Part shown: piece after piece, positions 25,054-36,277 of the stretch
Layout: each line of letters opens with the position of its first letter
Numbering within the stretch: position 1 is the first letter of the stretch
DNA from: Selaginella moellendorffii
Lineage: Eukaryota > Plantae > Lycopodiophyta
Reading direction: 5' to 3'
Length of the DNA stretch: 64,000 nt
Assembly (NCBI RefSeq): GCF_000143415.4
Contig: NW_003314348.1
Location: forward strand, 624,062 to 688,061
Made by a program: the position numbers and the translations under genes
The notes under the pieces: model-generated
Seen by the model: the letters and a program-made list of their open reading frames with translations, nothing else
The model's database searches: none
Told to the model about the DNA's origin: nothing

Positions 25054-27329
25054 GGGAAATTTCGATCAGGATGTCCTTGGAAGCGCTCGACTATAAGCAC
25101 TGGAACATTTTCTCGTCTCCTTGCCGCAGCTTTACGCCTAGCTCCTAGCCGCAAAAGCAAAGAGCGCTGCGCCTGCGACCCATGATGCGAGGATTGCCCA
25201 AATCCCTCGCTGCAATTCTTCACGCGGCTTTTCGTTTACCCACACAAAAGTCGAGTGTGCGATAAGCTCGAGCGTGGTGATGACTCGTCAGGTATGTGAA
25301 TGTCTTCTCGTCCTCCCCAACATACAGTCCATATACGGTGCCAACAAGCTCTGAACTAGCGAGCTGAATCCTTCCTTACCGAGTTTTCCTTCTCTTATTT
25401 CTTCTTCTTTCCCGAATCCTAGCCTATATACTTCCAAGTTCTCCGTTTTTTGATATGCCTGTATGATGCCTGTGTATCTTATCGAGACATGTACATCTGA
25501 GCTAAAGCTAGAGAATGGCTCTCAGTAGCTCGCTGGAGTGCCTGTTGATTTTAAGTCATGGCTGGGTGTGCGAGAAGTCTGGATCCGAACCGAATCCAGT
25601 AACGAGCAGCTAGCAAAACAAAGAAACACCATCATCACATCTCTGGAAGCACTAAATATCTGCTGTATTTGCTGCAGACGATACGAAGGGCGGGGAAGCT
25701 CGAGACTGGAAGAGCATCTCTGCGTATATTCCAGGAGAGGCTAGCATGGCACTGGCAAAGGGGGGATTTCTGGTGCTAATCTGGATGGAGCAGCTTTGCT
25801 TCGGATCTGGATTTGGATCGCGGATTGCGGATTGCTGCGCTGCGGGCTTCAAAATTGTCCTTCGGCGCCCCCCGCAGTTGAAGTCCGAGAAAAAAAAAAT
25901 GGAGTTTTGAGGAACAGAAGGAGAAGATACGGAGGAAAGTTGCTAAGAAAATAAAAAAAGCCTCTAACAAACTTCCTTTGATTCACACCATCAAAGTTTA
26001 AATGCAGAGGATCTGGTGATTATTAAGAAAATCCCACTCCTTAAACAGGGATTTTGTGTACGCCCCCAAATCGGAATTACGGGGGCCGCGGACAACGACG
26101 TTTTCCATTACAAATCGCCAACTTCCGATTTTGAGCTCGATCACACAAAAAAATTGAAAAAAGCCAACCCATCTCTGTAACGTGAAGGTTGGCATTTTCC
26201 AGAGCACAATTTGTTGTACGTTGTTGGAACACATTGGCGGTGATGGACCCTCCCCAAAGCTTTCCAATGTAAAATATAAGAGGGAAAATGACCCCAAAAA
26301 CTCCTCGAATTCAGTCCGACTATGGTGATAATTTTGAAAAGCTCGGTTTAAGTTGAAGTAATTAAGTGCTCAAGCAAATAAACAAACAAACAATTTCCGA
26401 GACCAAGCCTCCTCGGTTAACGCAGCATCACTTGATGTTTAAGTAAAGCAAGCCTCTGCCTCTCAGACTTTGATGTCACAAACCTTTTGTTGGTCGTCTT
26501 GTTGTTTGCCGATCGCATTTCATTTCCTTGTCCAGCTTTGTTCCTCGAGCCAGATGCTGGCACACACACTGCTCAAACATGTCGTACGCACGACTGGTCA
26601 AGAGAGCTCTGAGGAAGGAAGACTAAAACCTCTCAGGGGAGACTTACAGCCAAACGCCAATCCACAGGCTTGCTGAAAAGACCGCAAAAGAGGCTGCAAT
26701 GCAAGAACAAGGGCTGCGTAGAACAGAAATACTTCTACCTTATCCTCAAAAGACAGTTGCGCGTTGAATTATTGTTTCGCTCTGCAGACAATAACCTGTG
26801 GGAAAAGAGAAACATTCAGAAACAAAAGCTATTGTCGCTGTTTTAAGAGCTGCATTAATTCATACCACCACCAGAAAAACAATAGAAAACAGAAAAGAAA
26901 AAAAAATTAACCTGGATACAGTGTGCACGCTGAATTATTGGACCGTATCGCCTGATCCAAGTGCTCTCCGGGACTTCTTTATTCAGATTGTTCTCATTTT
27001 CGGCTTGAAAAGAGCCCAAGCAGTGGAAAAAGAAGTGGCACCACGCAAGGGGCTCGACTAATCTGCCAGCCAGCAAGCCAGAAAGCAACCTTAGTCTGCA
27101 ACGAGAGAGCTCAACAACAGACCTCTTGCAAGTTTTTTAAAGGATTTGTAAAGTTGGCCAACCTGCCTTTTTCTTTTCTCCATGCCACTACAGGGAAAGG
27201 ACACGTGGATTCCAGTAAAGTCAAGATCAGGATCCAGGCAAATCTCCTCTCTGAGAAGAACTTCGAATCAAGAGCCCTGTTGCGCGACAGAGCTGCTCCT
27301 GTTTTATTAGAAAGCAGCGAGTCTTATAC

Positions 27330-28668
27330 CTACAAACAAGAGTACGCCATCTCTTTCTCCTCGATGAGCTCGTCGGCGGTTGCGTCAAGCTTCGTTCTGG
27401 AGAAACCATCAATCAACAAGCCTGGGAAACACACGACTGTTTAAGACAGATCAAAGAATCGTGTAGTGTGTACCTTGGACAATAGACCACTCCCCGTTCG
27501 CGCAGGTCACCGGGAAAGAGTAGATTACTCCCTTGGGAACTTTGTAAGAGCCGTCAGACAGGACTCCCATTGACACCCAGGTGCCCTGCAATTTCCCAAG
27601 GAGTTAGCAATAGAGCCAGAGGGAAGTTTTTGACTTCAAACCTTGGGAGTTCCCAGCACCCAGTCACGGATATGGTCACACGCAGAACTTGCAGCAGACA
27701 GTGCACTGGAGAGCTTCCTTGCCTTGATAATTGCAGCACCACGCTGCTGGACAGTGGTAATGAAGGGCCCGTTCAGCCTGGAATGATAAACACAACAAAT
27801 ATAAACTCGAAAGAAGGAATGAAAGAAACTTGCCATTCGTCGTCGTTGACAACTTCACGAACAGGCTTCTCTCCCTTGGGAGTAATCACCACAGCATGAT
27901 TGACATCCGGGTACTGTGTCGACGAGTGATTTCCCCAGATAATCACGTTCTTCACGTCCGAGACCTGGAAACCAGTCCTTTCAGAGATCTGCCCCAGCGC
28001 CCGGTTGTGGTCCAGCCTCGTCAAGCAAGTGATGTTCTTGTCAGGAATGGAAGGAGCAAACTCCTTGAGGATCAGCGCATTAGTATTGGCAGGATTAGCA
28101 ACCACCAGAACCTGTCACGCCCACAGTCATGAGCTTCTGATACGTTTTGTATTTCTACGTTACCTTCACGTCCTTGGCAGCACACTTTTCAAGAGCAGAA
28201 GCTTGAGACTTGTAGATGGAGACGTTCTTGGACATGACATCCTTTCGCTCCATCCCTTCCTTCCTGGGAAATCCTCCAACCATCACTGCGATGTTAACAT
28301 CCTTGCAAGCTTCCTCCACATCCGTGGTGGCGATCACTCCTGAAAAAAAAAAAAAACGATTGGTGGAGAGACTTTCTAGCTAAAATAAAGGGATCGCATT
28401 GAAAAACTTACCTTTAAGCAAAGGAAATGCCGAGTCGATGAGCTCCATCTTGACTCCATTGAGCGATTCCGCCGCGGGCGGAATATCCAGCATGTGGAGG
28501 ATCACAGGCTGGTCCGGCCCGAGCATGACGCCCCTCGCAATCATCGGGACGAGCGCATACCCGATTTGCCCTGTCGAGCACCGAAAATTTCGCAAAAGTC
28601 TGTCAACGAAAGCCATACATCTTACCCGCAGCTCCAGTCACAAGAACACGCACTGGCTGCTTCGCCAT
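27330..28668 (-). CDS. MDH: Cytosolic NAD-malate dehydrogenase, multi-exon
   Basis: [15 protein letters not shown]|[58 protein letters not shown]. Ends EKEMAYSCL*. Confidence 0.97.
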
Positions 28669-29030
28669 GGCAGAAATTCGATACCGCTTCCACGCAATCC
28701 AAGCGCCGGCGACGACGAGTACGAGCGCGCTGCCGCGGAGAAGAAGAGCAGGGGGAGCTATTTTGATTGCGCTGCCCGAATTAGATCCCTGGAGCTGGAA
28801 AAAAAAGAAAGATCAGCGCCGCGAAACGATCGATCAAGCAAAGCTCGCGAGAAACGATGACCTAAATAATTGCCTTGCCAAAGAGAGCTAGAAACAAAAT
28901 CGGAGGCACCGGACAGGGCCAGGTATCGAACCCCGACTGGTACCAACAGAGCGATTTAAAACTGGCCGTCCGATTGCGCGGGCAAATACAGCATATTCGA
29001 TAACGAACAGGGTAGGGTTTTGGGGGTGCG

Positions 29031-29429
29031 ATGGATATGGAGGAGGACGAGGAGGAAGGCGAGGAGTGCTGTATGAGGTACTGTGTAGTGGACGAGGATG
29101 AGTACGTGATCACGACGCGCGAGGCTGTGAAGCGCCATTCATCGGCCAAGGATTTGAGCGTGGTGAAAGGGACGACGCTTGGGGAGATCTTGGAGCGCAT
29201 TAGGGCAGCGGTGGGGACTCGCGAGGGCACGGACACTGCCTTGTTTGCTCTGTCGAGCTTGAGTTGGATCCCAATCCGGGAGGAGTATTTGCAGCGACGG
29301 ATCGACAAGGGGCTCTATCTCAAGGTCGTGAGGGCGCCAATCACCGAGATAAGCTATGGCTTGGCAGAGCGATATGGTAAATTTCCTCTTTCATTTCCTT
29401 TGGGTTCTTCCATGTTTGCAAATTCATGA
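29031..29429 (+). CDS. Hypothetical protein (first exon; probably spliced at ~29376 to short downstream exons)
   Basis: GC-rich coding-like ORF divergent from MDH, preceded by TAGGGTTT, with a G|GTAAAT donor. No family recognised; downstream frame unresolved. Confidence 0.55.
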   Translation: MDMEEDEEEGEECCMRYCVVDEDEYVITTREAVKRHSSAKDLSVVKGTTLGEILERIRAAVGTREGTDTALFALSSLSWIPIREEYLQRRIDKGLYLKVVRAPITEISYGLAERYGKFPLSFPLGSSMFANS

Positions 29430-29906
29430 CTTGAGAGTCTATTTGGTGGATTTCTGTTTGGTTTCTTTTGCGTCATAGTCGATTTTGGGTGGATGTTTTG
29501 GGCGTTTTAATTTCCCATTGTGTTTACATTGCAGTTGTTCATGATGGGAGAAGGCAGCACGAGGAAGAAACTTGGCAATTTTTTTGACGTCCGAGCTTAC
29601 GTTATTGTTGGTTGAATCAGACGTAAGCCGTTGCGGTTTCATCCTAGTATTGATTTACTTACCGGTTTTTCTTGCATTTGTCCAGAACTGATCTATCTGA
29701 TGCTCCTTGTCGAATTCTTTCGCAAGTGAAGTCGAGCAAAGAGGTTTGGCTTAAGTTCTCTGAACTTTTCTTTACTTTAAATTGTTTAACATCAGGTGCC
29801 ACGAAGCTGGAGGTGAAAACAAAATGATAGAGTTGGAATGGAAAACAAAACAATAATTTTAAGCTTTTTCGTTACAGATTTCCATATCAAAAAGAATTTA
29901 TTCTTT

Positions 29907-29980
29907 TGGCCCACACAGGTCTCGAACCTGTGACCTTGGCGTTATTAGCACCACGCTCTGACCAACTGAGCTAGAAGGCC
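29907..29980 (-). tRNA. tRNA-Ile (AAT)
   Basis: GGCCTTCTAGCTCAGTTGGTCAGAGCGTGGTGCT-AAT-AACGCCAAGGTCACAGGTTCGAGACCTGTGTGGGCCA: cloverleaf with A and B boxes and a downstream T-run. Confidence 0.95.
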
Positions 29981-30172
29981 ACCATTAATAAAGCTCACTT
30001 TCTCTCGATATATTATGATGACTTTGACAGTACCTAAAGCCAAGTACACTTCAAACTCATACCTTATAAATTAATTTTAAAAAAATTAAAAGTATTATTT
30101 TTATTTAATTAAAAAGTTTAATTTGGATTTGAAAATATTAGTTTCATAATTCAGGAAACAAAAACAATTTCT

Positions 30173-30406
30173 TCATCTATTATGTAAGGGATTTGGGCCT
30201 GTTGGAGCCATCCTTTTTGACACTACGTTGGGATCCACTGAAAGACTCTCAGGTCCTCGTTGAGCTCTCAACACCCTGTGATTATTCACTTGGAGCTCTC
30301 GAGCAACACCAGTGGTGATTGACAATATCAGCATCAACAGGAGCATCACAAAGTAGAGCCTGCCCAGTGCCATTCGAAGGGCCTGGAGATCTCTGCCAAA
30401 AGCCAT
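30173..30406 (-). CDS. CLE: CLE (CLAVATA3/ESR-related) peptide precursor
   Basis: 77 aa, hydrophobic signal peptide, C-terminal dodecapeptide RMAPTGPNPLHN followed by R-stop. Confidence 0.95.
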   Translation of the reverse strand: MAFGRDLQALRMALGRLYFVMLLLMLILSITTGVARELQVNNHRVLRAQRGPESLSVDPNVVSKRMAPTGPNPLHNR

Positions 30407-31239
30407 GGAGCATTCAGCCTGCCAAGGAATAAGAAGACTAAAATCAAGTTCCAGCCATTGTCAACAACACCATCGCAGGCATTTTGGAGCTCCTTTAGAG
30501 ATCCTTCTCCCTTCTCTCTATTTATTCACGAGCAAAAGAAACAAACCTCAAAGACCCCATGATTCCGTTGCTCCTCGAACAACCGGCGACGAGTACATAA
30601 GATTTGTGCCTTGGATCTCGAAATCTCACGACAAGGATCAGTTGTGCAATCATCCAGACCCCCAGAAACTCGAGTGATCTTTAGATAGAGGGGGACACAC
30701 CGAAAAGAGGAGAAGATTCAAGCCGGGAAGCAAACAGATCTATACCACCGCTTCTACATGACAGCCTTGTGAGTGGGGTACCAAATCATTTATTTCCGCT
30801 GCCCGGATCGTCCTTTGGCCGCTCCATATTCTCTCTGCCTGACGCAATGCTTGCCGCGGCTATAATCTTCCCAGCCGTCGTGTGGAGCTTTTATAGTGGA
30901 GCTCCCTCTCGGCTTCTTTGTTTCACACCTTGCAAGTGGGAGAGTGAGCTTTACGTGTTTGCATAGCTTTTCTAGAGATGGTTTCGATAGTTACTTCTTC
31001 GTGTCTAGTAACTTCTCGCGAGCATGTACATATCTTGGGTGGGTTTCATGAAATGCGGCACTGAGGAGCCTTCAATTATAGCGACCAATTCGGCCGAGTC
31101 GAGTACACATAAACTCATCGCATGGATATTGCGAGAGCTCGAAAGGATCTCTTCTCCTGTTTATGGAGCACATCATGAGTATGAATGCAACCAGGACTAA
31201 CCGCGAATTTCTTTCTTCGTGCGTGTTTCCGATCTCTTT

Positions 31240-32607
31240 TCACTGCTGAATCGTAGTTCCAACAGCTTCCACTCGATAATCGGTGGACAGGATCTGACTG
31301 CATATGGGAATCACCTTTTCTGAAAACACCTGAAGCCAAAGCAGGAGTGAAAAGAAAAGAGAATGTCCATAAACTTACAGAGACGTAAGCTTCGTGCTTG
31401 TTGAAAGCTTCTAATGCGTCCTCTGTAAGAGAACACCCCTTGCGTTTGAGAGCTTCGAGCTGGATTGAAAAGTTTACTACCTGATGGAAGCCTGGCGACG
31501 ATTGCATGCGTGTAGCCTTGATTCTGAGCGGAGAAGATGACCCCTGAAAATCATGAAAACGAGTGAGTAATCTCGATTACGCAAAAGGAGCTTACCTGCA
31601 GTGAGCTGGACGAGAACCGTGGGTAGCATCTCGGGCAGCTTGCACAAAGACTGGAGCATATCTTGGACCCTGTCCGCTGAAGCGCTTTCACTGACTTTGA
31701 GTAGAATGATATGCTCGATGCCGCTCTCAAATTCCTGGCAGGAGCATAAATGCTTTTGAACACCACGTCAATAGCTCGTTACCTCACCACGACGGAAGAG
31801 AGGTTCTAGACTGTCCTCTACCTCGGCTTCGAAGTCTGCAGTGATAAATCCCTGCCACAGTTTGAAGACGAATTAAAAACTTGAAGAAATTCTTTACACT
31901 TCCAAAGACAAAAGAAAATGTATTTAAAGTTTCGAACCAAGAACAAGAACAGGAGCTCTGAGGGAGATTATCTTACGTTGCAGTATGGAAGCACGAACTC
32001 CTTGGCTACTTTGGAATGTGTTGGATGCTCATTGTATTTCAGCAAGAGGTCTTTCGAGGCAAAACGCATGAGGATGCCATGCGTGCAACGCTCTTGGTTT
32101 TCCGAAAGAATCCGGCCTGGAATCGCAAAATATATCTGTTCGTCACCATGCGAAGCAACGAACTAAAAGAAAGAACGCGAGTTCTTACCCAAGGAAACGC
32201 ACAGGATGCCTCTAAAGTGATACTGAAGAGTGTACACATTGTCCAGCATGGTCGTTTCTTGCTCCTCCGTTAAATCCTCCTTCATCTTCAGCAAGACAAG
32301 ATGATCCACCACTTTCCTGCGTTACAACAAACCAATCTAAAACACCAACCATGAAAATTTTTCCATACCGCATTGGTTTGTTCATCGCGCAATCCAGCCC
32401 AGCAAAGGCCTCCAAATTCCTCCCGAGACGGCAAACGCGGTGGCGAAATTTATAAGTTCTTCGCCTTCCTCCGGGCAAATTATCTGCTAGAAAAAGGAAG
32501 AATCCAGCTCCAATTCCACACGCATTCGCAGAATAGATCATACCAGTTCGAAGGATGGGTCTCCTGATCCCCGCAGTGCTGTAGTACTGACTAGCCATAA
32601 GCGCCAT
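31240..32607 (-). CDS. Stress-responsive A/B barrel (double Dabb domain) protein, probably plastid-targeted, multi-exon
   Basis: Spliced translation KVVDHLVLLKMKEDLTEEQETTMLDNVYTLQY...CTHGILMRF...DFEAEVEDSLEPLFRRG...GIEHIILLKV...LVQLTAG...GYTHAIVARL. Stop TGA 31240. Confidence 0.85.
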
Positions 32608-33052
32608 TTTATCGCCATGGCGCCACTCAAAGACAAGCTCTAAAACCCTATTTTGTTATCCACCTCATATGGCCACGATAGCGCCACGTCGAGCAACTTT
32701 ATCCAACGTGGCCCTAACGAATATTCTATCCTCTATCAATAAAATAGAAAACCAGCTGAAAGAAAGACACGTTGCGCGGGACACGTCGCGGCCATGCATT
32801 GATGGTAGGAGCGTATGTATGTTTGTATTCGTAGAGATGCTCTATCCGCGAGGATGAGATCGTAGCTCTCGCGTTCTTTAAACCCTATCCTGTGTGAAAT
32901 TTCTTTTCTCGGGATGATCCTGGTAGCGCTGCTGGCGGATCTTTTGGGCGCTTGCTATATTCTTTTCTCCTCTGTCGTGATCCAGCTCGTGAATGAGTTT
33001 CCAATCTCGAGCCGCGTGCGACGGATGATCTTGGAGCGCCTGGTGTCCGGAG

Positions 33053-33966
33053 GATGGAGATAGCAGCGCTAGGGCACGATCGCGGGCATGGAGACGCCGC
33101 CGCGGAGGATCGGCCGCGCGATTTGCAGGTGTGATGCCCGGGCTCTTGAAATTTCTTTAAATTTCTCCATATTTCGGTGTAGAAGGATAAAGCGCACGGC
33201 ACTGACGCGATCGTCGAGCCGATCGATCGAGCAGCTGGAGAGGATGTATCCGCCAGGCGCGCATTGGCTTTCGCGGCGAGGAAGACGAAAGCTGCTGCGG
33301 ATGCCGCCACTCAGCGAGCGGCAGACGCCGCCGCGCAAGAGCAAGGTAGTATGAGACAGGGCGAAATCACTGGTTTGCAAGCAGCGCGGCAAAATGCGGC
33401 TGTGGAGCAAGCTTCTCAAGTAGCCGCGGTCTATTCTCCAGCCAAGAAGAAACAAACTAAGTTGGTACCCACTGCTCAAGCGCCGGTTCCACCAGGAATT
33501 CCTCCACAGTGTCCTGCTCCTACTGCTGCTATCCAGGCACCGATACCAGCAGTAACTTCATCCGGTAGAGGTGCCCTTTTCTTTAAACTGTTCTTCCTTC
33601 TGTTCTTACGTGGTTTTCTGGCAGTCGAAGGAATGGAATGCCAAAAGTTTCTCTACGAGGTGGCGAATCAAACAGCTAGGAGTGCGACTGCCCAGATGGC
33701 TGCCGCTGAGAATCTCGCGACAAATGCTCGAGACACTGGTACTAGACAGGTATATAGATCCGATTTGGAAAAATTCCTTGCGTTTGTTCTTTAGCTGTGT
33801 TACCCACGTTGACGCTTGTGAATAGGAAGCGAAAGATCAGGGTACGAAAGCGCAGAAGAATATGGGATTAGCCAAACAAATGGCGGAGGCTGCACAGTCG
33901 CCTGCTGTAGCTGTCCAAGCCGTCGCTGCCATCCAGAAAGCCTGTTCCAATAAACACGAGTCCTGA
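33053..33966 (+). CDS. Ala/Gln-rich helical low-complexity protein (LEA-like or orphan), spliced; start uncertain
   Basis: Open exons with GT-AG junctions (~33129/33183, 33565/33624, 33749/33826) giving ...AARKTKAAADAATQRAADAAAQEQ...EAKDQGTKAQKNMGLAKQMAEAA...KHES*. Confidence 0.55.
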
Positions 33967-34092
33967 GTAAGCTCTTTCAAGACTACTATTGACTGGAAAA
34001 TGAATTTTGCCCAGTTTGCTCAGGACTGCAACCCAAAGGATTTGAACCACGAACGTTATCCAGAAGAAATCTATATGCTCTTCTAGAAATCG

Positions 34093-34707
34093 ATGGCTAT
34101 GGTGCTCCCTTCCGCCAGTCCAGCAGCAGCAACTCTTGGTGTTCTCGGATCATTTCACAAGCGTACGCTTGCTACTCAGTCGCTCAATTTTTACACGGCA
34201 CGATCGCTGCTAAGGTTTGAACCACTGTCAGCTCAGATCCGAGGGAGAAGCCGCCATAGCTTGATCCGAGCAGCAGCATCATCAACAGGGCCATCTTCGG
34301 AGAGAAAAGAGGAAGTGTTCTTCGATGGTGGTCCACATTACGGTGATCTGGTAGCCAACTTGGTGTTTGGCTTCACGCTTTTCTGGCTACCATTGACAGT
34401 CGCAGCGGTGTTCCGGGCCTTGTTCTTGAGGTACAGGTTCACAACCTACAGAGTGACTATTCTTTCGGGATTAACAGGTGGTGATAGGAAAGACTTCAAG
34501 TATGACGCGATCAAGGACGTCAAGTATGTCCCACGATTCATCGGCGAGTGGGGCGACGTTGTGATCACTCTCAAGGATGACACCAAGGTGGAGCTCAAAT
34601 CCTTGCCCAGATTCAGAGAGATCGCAAAGTTCTGTCTAGACAAGTCTGGAGTTTCCGGTGGCGGCTCTGTGGAAGAGATGGAAGTCAAGAAGAGGGGATT
34701 TTCGTGA
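34093..34707 (+). CDS. RPH1: RESISTANCE TO PHYTOPHTHORA 1-like chloroplast protein (bacterial PH domain)
   Basis: Transit peptide followed by EEVFFDGGPHYGDLVANL...LRYRFT...VPRFIGEWGD...PRFREIAK, recalled as the RPH1 family signature. Confidence 0.85.
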   Translation: MAMVLPSASPAAATLGVLGSFHKRTLATQSLNFYTARSLLRFEPLSAQIRGRSRHSLIRAAASSTGPSSERKEEVFFDGGPHYGDLVANLVFGFTLFWLPLTVAAVFRALFLRYRFTTYRVTILSGLTGGDRKDFKYDAIKDVKYVPRFIGEWGDVVITLKDDTKVELKSLPRFREIAKFCLDKSGVSGGGSVEEMEVKKRGFS

Positions 34708-34985
34708 AGCTTTAGAGTTTGAGACGAAGTATGAGATGTGTTGCTTCCGAGGGAAAAGAAAAAACTTTACGTTCAGTATAGAGATAGAAAAGCTTGCAAT
34801 GGGTGGCTGACGCGTGGCTAACTAGATGACGAGCGTTGTCTTTAAAGTCAACGTCAGTGCTTTGGTCGATGGTCATTGACACGCAAACTTAGCTATGGCG
34901 GCTAAACCCTAATGTCATGGATGCTGCGGGGATTTCTTCGCGGAAACGCAAACGCTGAAATTTCGGAAAGGAAGCACACGTCGCA

Positions 34986-35023
34986 TCTCTCTCCCTCTCT
35001 CTCTCTCTTCTCTCTTCTCTCTC
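34986..35023 (+). repeat. Imperfect (CT)n tract in the promoter of the DUF716 gene
   Basis: tctctctccctctctctctctcttctctcttctctctc, followed by a TATA-like catataa. Confidence 0.8.
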
Positions 35024-35112
35024 ATATAACTACGGGGTGACCTCGCATTCTTCTATTAGGGTTCTTCCTTTCCTCTATCACCAATCTCCCCCCGTAATAT
35101 CACTCCTCCGCC

Positions 35113-36060
35113 ATGGGGACGCTCGTCGGCCATGTCGCGCCTGGCATCGGATTCGCGCTCATCGGCCTCTGGCATCTTGTCAACATCGTCAGGAGCTACA
35201 TCGAATCGCCGTCGGGATTCGAGGCCCGCCCCTGGTTCCCGGTAAAAATCTCCAGGAGATCGCGCTTCTCCTCGCGACCGATCGTCGTCTACGCGGAGCT
35301 CTACCTCATAATCTTCGCGTCCGCGCTCTCCATCGCGTCGGAGCTCTTCATCTGGCCCGAGAAGCACCAGCCGCTTGCCGACGATCTCTCCATCCCGGCC
35401 AATCACCTCAACAATTTCGAGCACTCGTCCATGTCCTTCTTCTTCCTCGTCTACGCGGCCGTGGCGCTCGTCACGAATCTCCTCAATCTGGCGCTCCCGC
35501 CGGGGACGCTCCATCTCTTGGCGGCCCTAGCATTCAGCCAGGAGCTCCTCCTCTTCCATTTCCACTCGGCAGATCATATGGGACTCGAGGGACAGTATCA
35601 CTGGCTGCTCCAGCTCGCCATCGCGATTTGCCTCCTGTGCACCGTCCTGGAAATCTCTCGCCCGAGCTCCGTCTTGCTGGCGCTCGTCCGCGCGGTAGGG
35701 ATTCTCTTTCAGGGACTGTGGCTGATCCAGATGGGGCTCGTGCTCTGGATTCCAAGATTTGTTCCCACTGGCTGCCGGATGGTCTCGGAGGACGATCACG
35801 ACGTTGTGCGCTGCGCCGACGAGGGATCCACGATGCGAGCCAAGGCGCTTGCCAATCTCCAGTTCTCCTGGTACCTGGCCGGGGTCGTGATCTTCTCCAT
35901 CGCGCTGCTGTGCGCCTTGATCCAGCGATCGCGGCACGGGAATGCGTACGCGAGGATGGATTCCAGCGAGGGCGAGCAGGAATTTCGGCACAAGAGCTCC
36001 GGATCGCACAGCTCCATCGAGATGGAGGAGGGATTTCCAGCGCTGGAGCTGGGGCGATGA
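35113..36060 (+). CDS. TMEM45 / DUF716 family multi-pass membrane protein
   Basis: MGTLVGHVAPGIGFALIGLWH, NHLNNFEH, QELLLFHFHSADHMGLEGQYH, QGLWLIQMG, RAKALANLQFSW. Single exon. Confidence 0.93.
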   Translation: MGTLVGHVAPGIGFALIGLWHLVNIVRSYIESPSGFEARPWFPVKISRRSRFSSRPIVVYAELYLIIFASALSIASELFIWPEKHQPLADDLSIPANHLNNFEHSSMSFFFLVYAAVALVTNLLNLALPPGTLHLLAALAFSQELLLFHFHSADHMGLEGQYHWLLQLAIAICLLCTVLEISRPSSVLLALVRAVGILFQGLWLIQMGLVLWIPRFVPTGCRMVSEDDHDVVRCADEGSTMRAKALANLQFSWYLAGVVIFSIALLCALIQRSRHGNAYARMDSSEGEQEFRHKSSGSHSSIEMEEGFPALELGR

Positions 36061-36277
36061 TGGACAATCGGCTGGATAGATGGAAGATGCTCGAGCCGAG
36101 GTGAGATAGCTCCCCAGAAATTTGGATTGGAATTCCCCCCCTTTAGAGTGTTTCGTGTCTGTCTATTCTACCGTCGTCTTCTACCAAGATGTACAAAAGA
36201 CCAAATTGAAAAGATTCCATGTTCTCGTTTGAGTATATTCGCATCTTTGGCGGGTTTAGGGTTCTTGGAGGGAGGGA

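Noticed and set aside
22398-30406. KNOX and CLE meristem regulators within ~5 kb
   Set aside because: Housekeeping genes and a tRNA intervene; proximity is plausible by chance.
35037-36104. 355-aa alternative-frame ORF and several antisense ORFs over the DUF716 gene (likewise 45244-46281 over the RLK and 47757-48641 over STELLO)
   Set aside because: Arg/Pro/Gly-rich off-frame products typical of GC-rich CDS; the conserved proteins are in other frames.
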